NCBI RefSeq assembly: GCF_009914755.1
Contig: NC_060934.1
From: the human T2T-CHM13v2.0 reference genome, Homo sapiens
DNA length: 64,000 nucleotides
Reading direction: 5' to 3' (one strand)
A program made the position numbers and the translations under genes. The notes below the pieces were generated by a model. The model made no database searches and was not told the origin of the DNA. It saw nothing but the letters and a program-made list of their open reading frames with translations. Below are positions 12,120 to 23,979 of this stretch, piece by piece (positions within the stretch are counted from its first letter, which is position 1; each line of letters begins with the position of its first letter).

Positions 12120-12690
12120 AACTTTCATGTAATTATACTTGTCAGAGATTTAACACAGTTGACTACCCATTTCTTCCTATTACACACCATTTTTTTTTTA
12201 TCTTCACTGGTCACTCCTCTTTAGTCCCCATAGTTTGTTCTCCCTACTTGAGTAAATGTTTAAGTGATGGACTTCTTCAGGTCCTGGTGCTGGATCCTTC
12301 TCTATTCTCTTTCTTTAGTCCCTTCTAGGAACTTCTATTTCCAAACCAAAATTTCTAGCCTATCCTAGATAACCCTGAACTCAAGCCTTCCATTGCAAAT
12401 TTAATATAACTAAAATAAAAAAAATTATTCCTGCAAACTTCCCCTTGTTCAGTTGTCACATCTTTGCCTATAGAACATTTTTAAAATATTACCTTAAAAC
12501 TAAAATTTTAAAAAGTTAGAATTTTTAAAATGATAACTTTCACCCAAATTCTTGCTAATGAAGTATCTTGACATAATCCCTGCTTCCCTCTTTTTCATTA
12601 ACTCTTATAAATGTACCTAGACAATCCATTACTGATTTTCTAACTTAATATGTTGAATTATGATAACTGATTTAATCCACTTCAAATTTC
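12120..12690 (+). mobile_element. L2 internal relic
   Basis: TTTAACACAGTTGACTACCC...CTTCAGGTCCTGGTGCTGGATCCTTCTCTATTCTCT, a pyrimidine-rich L2 ORF pattern. Confidence 0.5.
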
Positions 12691-13199
12691 TTTGACTTCA
12701 TTGTTTTCCTTTCATACATTACTTATAGCTAGGGATAACCATATAATTCATATGTGAAAAAAGAGACTTAACCACAAGTCAACTGACTCATACTGACATA
12801 CTTCTCATTTAAATTAAGTAATGTGGGTGTACTAAATAAAAATTGTTATTATGTAATGGTTAGGTTAGCTATTATATTGAAATCAAACAATTTCATGATC
12901 TAAGATATCTATTATTATTCTTATGATTCTCAGTACTATTTCTTCTTTAGTAATACTTCTGTTTAATATTTTCTTAATAGTGTAAAAATCTCAGTTAAAT
13001 TGCTGCTAACAGTTTACTTTTTTTGGGGAAATGAAGTGATACCCAGATAAATACATTTAAAAGATACAGTTGAAAGGAAAGAAAATCATTTTAAAGGAAT
13101 AGCCTTCAATGCAATAAAGGTAAATTCAGTTATAGCTAGCATTATTTCTAATATTGTACCATATGGAATCTATTACTCTCAAATACACATATTTTTAAA

Positions 13200-13695
13200 A
13201 AGTTATTGATTATCTGTTATGTTCCAAGCACTATTCCTGGCACTTGGGATGTAGCCATAACAAAATACAGAAAAAGTCACTGCCTTTATGGAACTTATAT
13301 TCTAGAGAATGAGAGAGAAAACACTTTAGTATGTAATATGAAAAGTGGTGATAAGTGAGATGAAGAAGAATGCAAAATCAGGAGATGGAGAGTGATGGTC
13401 CAGTCTGAGTGAGTAGTATTTCGTATTCCACACAGAACAAACAAGTAAGAAGTCCTAAAGTTGGAGCATGTTCTGTGTATTTAAAAAACAAAACAAGGAG
13501 GTTGATATAGGTAATAAAAAGTATTTTGTAGTCAGAGTAAAAGGACATGAGTTTAGAGAGATAAGAGAGGATCTAGCTCATGTAGTGCCTTGAAGGCCAT
13601 GGTAACAACTTTGTATTTTAGCCTTAATAAGATGGAAATGCACTGAAGGGTTTTGAGCCTAGAAGTGATGTGACATAATTCAGGGAATTACTCTG
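13200..13695 (-). mobile_element. L2 (L2a-like) 3' region
   Basis: TTATTGATTATCTGTTATGTTCCAAGCACTATTC...CCTTTATGGAACTTATATTCTAG...GAAGGGTTTTGAGC. Confidence 0.7.
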
Positions 13696-14009
13696 AAAGG
13701 GAAACCTATAGAAATAATTTCTCTATGGAAGATAGAGACCCTTTAAATACTGGCAGGATAGAGCAAAGGGATTTCTCAGTCAACAATATTGAGTCTTTGT
13801 AATACAGTGGTCCTCTATGTAATCTCAGGAAAACTCCAGAATATACAAATATGAGGAAAAGAATCTATTTTACTATAAGTAAAAGTGACAATTATTATCA
13901 ATACTGTTAGTAACCTGACTTCTTTAGCTTTTGTAATTTCAGTGACCATACAATTGCAACATCTTACCTATATAATGAGTGATTAATCAGTGAGTCTTTG
14001 TGTGTGTGT

Positions 14010-14960
14010 GTTTGTTATGCTACAATAATAATTAGCCTCATATTTTCATTGGCTTATAAAATAGCAAAGTTTATTTCTTACCTATATGGCAGGTCAGATT
14101 CTGTAGATTGATTACAGGTCAGATTTGCTCAAATCAAGCAGCCTAGATATGATACATGCTGATCATATAGCATAAGTAAAGTGAAAGGCAAATTATAGAA
14201 ACATCATGGGTCTTATTACTGCCACTTGGATATTGTGTGTGTTAAAAATAGATAATCAGTACTGTGAAGAAAAGTCAGCACAGAGACAAAGAATCTCTCA
14301 GCAAGGCAACCTTTACTTTCTGCAGAAAGGGTGCTGCTCACAGATGCAACAATGGCGAGAGCACACTTGAACAAAGGAAAAGCAGACATATTTATCCCTT
14401 ACGCATTTGGTTTGTCTTTACTGCTGTGTCCTGCCTCCATTGGCTGGAGCTGGACCTCACAGTCTTAAACTGATACCTGATTTGCTAATAACCTAAAAGT
14501 TTTCTAAATAGGTAAGTGCAAGGGAGAACCAAGAAGGAGAGAAAATTGCTTATGAAAGGTTTAAGGAAGCAATAACATTTCCAAGTAAGGAAGAGGCATA
14601 AGCTATGAGCTAAGACTTGCCTGGGCCTGTCCAGACATGCCTGGGTAAGACAAAGCAACTAACTGGGCTAAAGTGTAAGAACTAATAGTTGATAGGAGGC
14701 TTTAGAGTAAGAAGCTATTATTTCTATTGTCTATTATTTTATTTTTAAACCAAGACGAGCTTTGAAGGGAACTTTTTTACTTTCTACAGTGTGTGACACA
14801 TGTGCTCATGGATTATTGTCCGAAGCAAGACATGTGACCAAGCCTAACATCAACTGGGTGAAGAGCTATATGTTCCTTTCTCAAGAGGCACTACAAGTGA
14901 CATGCCACTGGGCAGGTAAGATCCTCTCAAATGAAGGGACTGTGAATATTTGACTAATAA
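14010..14960 (-). mobile_element. Old MLT1 MaLR LTR split by the LTR10-like insertion
   Basis: TGGCTTATAAAATAGCAAAGTTTATTTCTT at 14050; resumes after 14789 with AAGCAAGACATGTGACCAAGCCTAACATCAA. Confidence 0.5.
14240..14788 (-). mobile_element. Solo LTR, LTR10 family (HERV-I/ERV1)
   Basis: TG...CA ends; minus strand begins TGTAGAAAGTAAAAAAGTTCCCTTCAAAG and contains CACCCTTTCTGCAGAAAGTAAA; perfect 5-bp TSD GTGTG (14235-14239 / 14789-14793). Confidence 0.8.
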
Positions 14961-15979
14961 TACAAATATTTACTGGATATTTTACAGTGATATTTACAAA
15001 TATCACTGGCTAACTTTTCCCAGCTTGATATCCTGAAAGAGGCACAGTTTCAGTAGTAAATGGTAAATTTACCTTGATTGCACTGAAGGCTATTTCTTTA
15101 AAACTATTTTCTTTCCTTTTGACTATTCCATGTATCCTTTCAGAAGTAAACATTGTTTTTACCCCTTTAAAAAGTCTACTTATACCATCTACTTAATTTG
15201 GAATTTATCTAACATTGCCAGTTTGATATAGATACAGAAATTTAATGAGAAAATGCAGTTCTATATTTAGAATATGGATTCTTCAAGATGTTTCTGACAC
15301 ACATTTGTTTTCATTGAAACATTAAACAATTATTTAGCTAACATCTGAGGAGCACATTGAATTTTGTACAGTTCAACTTTTTTAAAATGAAAGAAATAGT
15401 GTTTCTTGTAGAAGGGAGGAATGGAGATTAGCACCAAAGGAAAATTTGACTCATTCTTTGTCTCATTTGGTCTTGAAGGTTAGAGTCTGAATAAGAGAAA
15501 CTATGTCCAGGAAGTGTATCTTATGAATAAGCAACTAATACATCACATTTTCATGGAAATTATTTTTAAATAATCAGAGTTAGTAAATTCAGTTTTTGTC
15601 TGTTTTTTTTTTTTTTTTAACCCTAAGGCAAGCTCACAGGCCATACTTAAAGTTGTAAATATAAGCCTTAAAGAGTAAATTTCTAGGCAGAGCATGGCAA
15701 GGTAGATGAATGGATTCCATTAATGTCTGTGGAACTAACGGAGTTAAATCCTTTTTTCATTTGTCTCAAAAACGAAGCCCTAAGCAAGCTTTGCAAATGG
15801 CAAGAGTAATAACAGTTGAGTCATGAACCTAAGGCTCTTAGTGTTAATGCTCTAATTCATTAAACCAACTGTTTTCCTGATGGAAGTCATTTTCTAAATG
15901 GTTTCTAAGCCAAAATGCCTGGCATAATTAAAATTTAAATTTTGGTTATTTTCTTCACTCTCCCCCATTTTTTAAATTC

Positions 15980-17250
15980 TTTTATTTATTTATTTATTTT
16001 TTATTATTATTATACTTTAAGTTTTAGGGTACATATGCACAATGTGCAGGTTAGTTACATATGTATACATGTGCCATGCTGGTGTCCTGCACCCATTAAC
16101 TCATCATTTAGCATTGGGTATATCTCCTAATGCTATCCCTCCCCACTCCCCCAACCCCACAACAGTCCCCAGAGTGTGATGTTTCCCCCCAGTGTCCATG
16201 TGATCTCATTGTTCAATTCCCACCTATGAGTGAGAATATGCGGTGTTTGGTTTTTTGTTCTTGCGATAGTTTACTGAGAATGATGATTTCCAATTTCATC
16301 CATGTCCCTACAAAGGACATGAACTCATCATTTTTTATGGCTGCATAGTATTCCATGGTGTATATGTGCCACATTTTCTTAGTCTAGTCTATCATTGTTG
16401 GACATTTGGGTTGGTCCCAAGTCTTTGCTATTGTGAATAGTGCCGCAATAAACATACATGTGCATGTGTCTTTATAGCAGCATGATTTATAGTCCTTTGG
16501 GTATATACCCAGTAATGGGATGGCTGGGTCAAATGGTATTTCTAGTTCTAGATCCCTGAGGAATCACCACACTGACTTCCACAATGGTTGGAACTAGTTT
16601 ACAGTCCCACCAACAGTGTAAAAGTGTTCCTATTTCTCCACATCCTCTCCAGCACCTGTTGTTTCCTGACTTTTTAATGATCGCCATTCTAACTGGTGTG
16701 AGATGGTATCTCATTGTGGTTTTGATTTGCATTTCTCTGATGGCCAGTGATGATGAGCATTTTTTCATGTGTATTTTGGCTGCATAAATGCCTTCTTTTG
16801 AGAAGTGTCTGTTCATGTCCTTCGCCCACTTTTTGATGGGGTGGTTTGTTTTTTTCTTGTAAATTTGTTTGAGTTCGTTGTAGATTCTGAATATTAGCCC
16901 TTTGTCAGATGAGTAGGTTGTGAAAATTTTCTCCCATTTTGTAGGTTGCCTGTTCACTCTGATGGTAGTTTTTTTTGCTGTGCAGAAGCTCTTTAGTTTA
17001 ATTAGATCCCATTTGTCAATTTTGGCTTTTGTTGCCATTGCTTTTGGTGTTTTAGACATGAAGTCCTTGCCCATGCCTATGTCCTGAATGGTAATGCCTA
17101 GGTTTTCTTCTAGGGTTTTTATGGTTTTAGGTCTAACGTTTAAGTCTTTAATCCATCTTGGATTAATTTTTGTATAAGGTGTAAGGAAGGGATCCAGTTA
17201 CAGCTTTCTACATATGGCTAGCCAGTTTTCCCAACACCATTTATTAAATA
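15980..17250 (-). mobile_element. 5'-truncated young L1PA (L1PA3-like), ~1.27 kb
   Basis: T/TTTA tail then TATACTTTAAGTTTTAGGGTACAT; ORF 16529-17074 is the L1 ORF2 C-terminus ([29 protein letters not shown]...[18 protein letters not shown]), frameshifted near its end. Confidence 0.97.
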
Positions 17251-17420
17251 CTTTGTATCAAATACAACTCTTCAAAATGTATGACAATTTTCTTATTTGA
17301 TAATTTTAATTTCATGATTTACAAAATTAAGCTCACTAAATATGAAGAAAATTCACAACTGAATGTATTCTAAATCCTAGGGAAACATTCCCTAAATTGA
17401 GTCATTTAATAGTTCTGGAA

Positions 17421-17520
17421 CAGGGATCAGCAAATTTTGGCCTGCAACCAATTTTTTAAAATAACGTTTGTTTACATATTACTATAGCTGCTATTTTTGT
17501 GCTACCATGGCAGAGTTGAA
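17421..17520 (+). mobile_element. MER58-like hAT-Charlie fragment
   Basis: CAGGGATCAGCAAAT...TTTGTTTACATATT...GCTACCATGGCAGAGTTGA. Confidence 0.65.
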
Positions 17521-18484
17521 GGAAAGGAAAAGAAAGGAAAGCAAATGCTTCCTTCTCCATAGTACTCAGATGCCTGCCAAGGTGCTGGAGCTATGTGACA
17601 TAGAAAGAATTTAGTAGTTGTTTTTTTTTTTTCTCCTCAGATTCCTACTATCCTATAAAATTGGAACTTTAGTCTTTTTAATGGAAAGATGATTTCATTC
17701 TTCCATTCATTTTGATAGGTTTGTCCCAATAACAGGAATATGATTTAAGTCAGCTATAACTGTGTCCACAGTTTTCTTTGTTAATATCACAAATCTCTTG
17801 TTTTAGAACATAGGATGAGACAAGACAAGATCTTTTATATGGCTGGTTTGGAAAGTGTCTGCTATGGAGACCCAAATTTTCCCACATTTAAGTACAGAGG
17901 TGAATTTGGTGGGGCAGGGGTGGAGTCGGGGGTGGATAGTATCAAACCTAACTTTGACCTTCAGTTCAAACCAAGTTCTTCAATAGACTTCTTCTAGTAA
18001 TATACACAGAAACTGGTATTTGGATTCCTATTTTTTTTTTTCTAAATCACCCAATTGACTGAGAATTTGGAGATAGGGGAACAGAATTAATATTATGCCC
18101 TAACTCCAGCCCCAACCCTCTAACTTTAGCACTCCTGGGGCTGACCAGGAATTTCCCCTGGCCAGGAAAGAAACACATTTACCACCAAATCCAATACGTC
18201 AAGTGGACAAAAATTTGTAAATTGAGAGGAGAAGTACTTCTCTCGCTTTAGCACACACTGTTTAGCCCATAAAGTAGAATCATTTTCTTTGTGGAAGCAT
18301 AGAGAGAACATCTCCCTTCTCTCCACATCTAGCCCAAAGCTTGGTCCCTTCAGACCCTCTTGGCCTTGAGGGCACACTGTGATTGACAAGTGGGAAGAAA
18401 GTCAGAATTCCTTTTGTGGCTGCAATAGAAAGATATTCTTCTGAAAAATGAATTCCACTATTTATATGTGAATATAGAGAAATT

Positions 18485-18615
18485 CAGGGCTAGCTTCATG
18501 GATACATGACCTGTGCACTTGTACAGAGTCCCATGCTTAGAAGAGTACAATGTTTGGTTTAATATTCTGCTATCCCTGTCTCAAAATAGGCCCAATAAAT
18601 TAGGTAGCTATCCTG
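18485..18615 (+). mobile_element. MER45A-like hAT-Tip100 MITE, internally deleted
   Basis: CAGGGCTAGCTTCATGG...GACCTGTGCA...TTGGTTTAAT...GTAGCTATCCTG, with terminal CAGG/CCTG. Confidence 0.65.
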
Positions 18616-19454
18616 GGTAGGGTATTAGAGTCACATTCTCTTGTTAAGTTCAACCAGAAATAATGTCATATTTTGATGTTTATGTTTTCCCATGTATACT
18701 TCTTAATTGCTGCATTTCTCAGTTGGGAAAAAAAATTGGTGTAATATTGCCCACAAAGAATCTTCATTTAAAGTTGGTCAAATTATCATTTATGTTTTCC
18801 CCACACAGGATGGGTTACACCCAGAAATCTCACATTTAGTACTTTGCTTAAGCAGATTATTAAATGTCTGTCCATGAATAACTTCTCATAGACTTGCACA
18901 ACCACAACACATCTTTAGAAGTAAAACCCCAATTTATGTGTGAATAATGATTTGATCACAAATCCAAGTGTAACAATATTTGGACTGAGAATATTGGTGG
19001 CACATAATAGTTACTAAATACATCAATTTATTTACATTAAATAAATTAGTTTCACAAAAGACACGATCTAAAATTCTATTTTCATGTAGGAGGCAGTTTG
19101 TAAAAAAATATATTATTTGCCTGCTATTAAGAATAACTAATATTATTCTGTAATTATAATTTTAACATGCACCTTTGTTAATAAAACAGCTACCTGAAAT
19201 GGATATTTTAACTGCCGTATCTGCTTATTCTGGCCTTAAATACTATTTTGGATTAACTAATTCATAAATTTTTAAATTCCTAATCAAGTTGCTAATCACA
19301 AAATGCATTTGTTTTCAGTAAATTCACAAATTAAGCAGAAAAAAGTATAAACCTAATAAATTGAACTTTTAAATAGTAGTGATTTTTTTCTATCTTCCAT
19401 TTTTGTTTCATTTTGTTTACAATGACTGAAATTATTTGCTATTTAAATACCTGC

Positions 19455-20060
19455 ATTAGTTAAAGTTAAGATGTTGTAGTAAGGATACTCCAAAATATAG
19501 TGGCTTAAATAAAACATTAATACAGTTCTCTCTCATGAGACAGAGCTGAGTGGTGCAAAACAGAACAGCTCTGCTCTATAACGCCATTCGAAGACCTGTG
19601 TTTCTTTTATTTTCTTACTATGCCGTTTCATAGAGTTGTCCTTGTCTCAACGGTTGAAGCTAGCCACCGCTATATCCAGTCTGCTAGTGGGAAGAAGAAA
19701 AGAGGAAGCTTAAGGCAAAAGGCTTCATTTTATTTATTTATTTATTTATTTATTTACTTATTTATTTATTTATTGAGACAGGGTCTTGCTCTGTCACTCA
19801 GGCTGGAATGCAGTGGCATAATCATAGTTAACTGCATCTCCAAAGTCCTGGGTGCAAGCAATTTTTCTGTCAGCCCCCTGAGTAGCTGGGACTACAAGTG
19901 CACACCTCTATGCCTGGCTAAGAGGTTTCATTTTTAAACAGGTGACCTACAAATCACATGCCTGACTTTTACTCAAATATCATTTTTCCAAACTTAGTCA
20001 TGAGGCCAAGGCTGTGAGTAAAGTTGGCAGCCATGATCCATGCACCTAACTAAAAGTCAG
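19455..20060 (-). mobile_element. Old MLT1 (J/K-like) MaLR LTR, interrupted by an Alu monomer
   Basis: CCAAAATATAGTGGCTTAAATAAAAC...TCTCTCTCATG...CCAAACTTAGTCATGAGGCC. Confidence 0.55.
19731..19920 (-). mobile_element. FRAM/AluJ right monomer with (TTTA)n tail
   Basis: GAGACAGGGTCTTGCTCTGTC...GTAGCTGGGACTACA; TSD AAAAGGCTTCATTTT / AAGAGGTTTCATTTT. Confidence 0.9.
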
Positions 20061-21651
20061 CAACCAAGAGCGAGAGGGAGAGAGAGAAGGAAGAAAAACC
20101 ATACTGTGGTTACAATTAATGCTATAATATCTCAAGTGTTTAAGCTGTTGTAACTGACACATAATTCTAATAAGGTCCAAAAGATATGAAGGATTTAGTG
20201 TGTACAGCCTCTTAATCCTTGGCTAAACGGAACTAAGTTAAATTAAAAGGTTGGAATTACTATATTCCTTATTTCACTTGTAAATAGCAACATAAAGTAC
20301 TATTAATAAATACTAGAAACATTTCAAATATGGAATATTATAATCAGGAATTTTATGAGAATTTAGATACCTATATTTGGAGAAGCAATACTTCTCAAAG
20401 TTCCATCCCTTGGCCTTGCATTGATCTTTTTGAAGTTGGGTTGTTTGCAACATAAGAATATAATTACAGTGAATATATTTATTTAATATAATTTATGTTC
20501 CTTATTCTTAAGTTTTCTCTTTTCTAAAAATTTGATGTTGGTACATTTTCATTAATAAACTGACAATGATATAATAGGTTTTGGATATTGTTGTGAATTC
20601 CATATTCCTAAAATATAAGTTGGCCGTCCATTGTGGTCCACCTATTAAAATAAATTAATTAATTAATAAATAGTACTGGTGCATAAGATCCAAAACATTG
20701 TGGCCGATAATGTGAAGAATAAATGCGAGTTTTCTCCATTATGAGGTTACATTGCACAATGCAACTCTGAACAAAAGGTATTCCGAAATAAAATCCTATA
20801 TCTAAGGTAATGTATGATGAAGAAACAACACGGAAGCCTTAAAGGATTTGCCCAAGTTTGCACGATTTGGCAAAGGCATTGCTGGCTCCAGAACACTGGC
20901 TTCAGCTTATTTCTTTTTTTTTTCTATTGCATAATAAAAGCAATGTTTTCCATCGTGTAAATGGTGGAACATAATTCCTCTGGATATTATTATTTAAAAA
21001 ATAAATTGTAAAACATGCCAAATAAGTTCATGAAAAGACTACAGTAAAAATTAAAAAGGAAAACTAGTGTCTTTATTGCAGCCTTTTCTAAACTAAGGTG
21101 CTTTGTGAGTTACAAGAGAGGGATAGAGGACAGAGCATTTTACACAGCTTCCTGTCTTTGAATGAGCGTCCCTTTATTTCTGCTTACTGAGAATATTTTT
21201 TGAGAAACATTTCTCTCTTGGAAATGATTTTAAGCAGACCGTCAACAAACTTTCAAAAGCTTTCTTGTATCAGTATATTTCAAACTCACACACACCTTAA
21301 GTTATGCCATATGACTTGCACATGACATGCAGCATACTGAGATACCATTAACTGAACTTTCCTGTATTCAAGTGTAGGGTTCAAGAGGTGCAAACCAATG
21401 TTTACTTTTCTGTTCTTATAAAATTCTGGTGCTTCAGAAGACCAAGAAAATACATGAATTCAGGAACTTTCACCTTTAAGTATTCAAATGGCATTTGGTT
21501 TATAATGGGCACTAAAGAAATATGTAACACAGATCACTTACGATAGCATCCTGCTGCAGTCTTTAAAATTAGTCCTCAAGTGATTGAAAACATTAGAGGC
21601 ACGTCTTTTGTCATTGTTATATGTGAAACCGCAACAGCAACCTACACCTTC

Positions 21652-21657
21652 CACACA

Positions 21658-21697
<40 letters not shown>
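21652..21697. repeat. (CA)n microsatellite with CGCG interruption
   Basis: CACACACGCG followed by about 18 CA units. Confidence 0.97.
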
Positions 21698-21701
<4 letters not shown>

Positions 21702-22149
21702 TAAGACAATTGGAGCTAAAAAATACAATATCATAACAGGTTATCCCTTTTTGTACTTGTGCACATTTTTTATCTACTTGCCCTGATTTAGTATTTATTT
21801 TTTTTGCTGGGTTCCCATTTTCAATTTTCTTCATCCACCATTTCTTTTGTCTTTTATATGTGCTACTATTCTCACTCATTCTTTTACCCATAAACATAAC
21901 TCATTCTTACTGAGTCACAAATGGCTCCAAGGCATAGAAATATCTTTAAAAGACCATTTCCAAAGTTCAGAGATTTTTTTTATGTTGGTCAATAAATGCT
22001 ACATGTTTGGGCTTGATTCACATTTTACAAGAAGAGTAATGGAGATGTGATTGGAGTCAGCTAACAGGTATTTTTTTGGAAAGACGTTTGGTGGAAGTGT
22101 CACATTTTATCTTAGTTGACTTGTTTGACGTTTATTAAGTTTCTCTATT

Positions 22150-22355
22150 GAGGTTTATCTAATGTTTTTCTCTTGATCAGACTGGGGTTATGTGATCTTT
22201 TGAAGAAGGCCACAGAGCTAAAGTGCCATTCTCATCAAATTATATAAAAAGTACATATTTTCAACATGACATTACTGTTGATGTTGACCTGAGGTAGTGC
22301 TTGTCAGGTTTCACCGCTTTAGAGTCATTCCTTTTTTCCTCTTGCCATACTGTAT
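22150..22355 (-). mobile_element. L1MC-type 3' UTR fragment
   Basis: GATCAGACTGGGGTTATG...AAAGTGCCATTCTCATCA...CTGAGGTAGTGCTTGTCAGGTTTC. Confidence 0.65.
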
Positions 22356-22356
22356 G

Positions 22357-22555
22357 CATTGAGTAGTTGCTGAGTGCTGGGCATAGTTTTAAGCACTTTA
22401 TCTCTACCTCCGCATTTAATCTCTAAAATAAGTCTTTGATATCAGTACTATTGTTTTCCCTACTCTGTCCAGAACGGGGCTAATTTCTCAAGGTCACACA
22501 GAATAGTAGGTGATGTAATACAGATTCACACCCATGCAGTCTGACTTCTCTAGTG
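22357..22555 (-). mobile_element. MIR
   Basis: TTTTAAGCACTTTA...CATTTAATCTCT...CAAGGTCACACAG...GATTCACACCCATGCAGTCTGACT. Confidence 0.75.
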
Positions 22556-22613
22556 TCACTCATTCAGAAACTGAGTATTTTCTCCATCGTTTTAAAACGA
22601 CAATCCTTTCTTT

Positions 22614-22915
22614 GTCTTGTTTTGTTTTGTTTTGAGAGGAAGTTTTGCTCTGTTGCGCAGGCTAGAGTGCAGTGACGCGATCTCGGCTCACTGCAAACTC
22701 CACGTCCGGGGTTCAAGCGATTCTTGTACCTCAGCCTCCTGAATTGCTGGGACTACAGGCATGCGCCACGTGCTCTGCTACTTCTTGTGTTTTTTAGTAG
22801 AGACAGGGTTTCGTCATGTTGGTCAGGCTGGTCTTGAACTCCAGACTTAAAGCGATCCACTCGCTTCGGGCTCCCAAAGTGTTGAGATTACGGGCGTGAG
22901 CCACCGTGCCCAGCC
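22614..22915 (-). mobile_element. Alu, full length (AluS-type), unusually CpG-rich
   Basis: Both arms antisense, (TTTTG)n tail, TSD AATCCTTTCTTT on both sides; 16 CpGs counted. Confidence 0.93.
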
Positions 22916-23655
22916 AGAACTTAATCCTTTCTTTCATTCATTGTACTTTTTTGAATGTACAGCTAATTTGCTTCTTATATTAAAAAAAAACATTTCTGAC
23001 ATTATGGAAGCTCTCCTAAAAACCTAAAAACTTTATGAAAATTAGGCACTGTTCTATTTGCAATACTTTATCACACAGTATTAAAATTGTACATATTTAA
23101 ATCTCTCTCACCACTAGCTAATAAACTTCTTAAGATCTGGAATTTCATCTCTTATATCCCTGATCTTGTCATTATTTATGCTTGCAATACATCTGAATAA
23201 ATGCATGTCTACTTTTTGTTATGAGGCTGCAAGCAACTAATACATCTGATTCATATTAATGTTTCATTTTTAATAATTTATACTCAACCACATTGTAGAT
23301 GTTTAATAATTAATGAATGAATGAGTATGGATCTGTGAAATATGTCTTATCACCCCTATGTGGATGAAATTTGAATGATATTTTTTAAAACAGAAAATAA
23401 ATATAGGAAGACTAGGTCTAAATTTCCTCAAGATATTTATGCTAGCAATTTGTTTCTCTAAATAGTGTGTAGTCCTTCAATTATTTCAAATTGTTGTAAA
23501 GATTCATGGACTTTTATTTTGCTTTGTTTTGTCTTAGTCTACAATTAGTAATTTTTAATTTACCTAATAACTACAGAACCCAAGGTACATAAGATAATAG
23601 TTTTTTTTTACAAAGGAAGATTGAGTAAAAGGGTAAATTTAAAAGAATTGTGGTG

Positions 23656-23979
<324 letters not shown>

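Noticed and set aside
16529-17074. 181-aa ORF with a cysteine-rich motif
   Set aside because: C-terminal part of L1 ORF2 in a 5'-truncated, frameshifted L1PA; not a host gene
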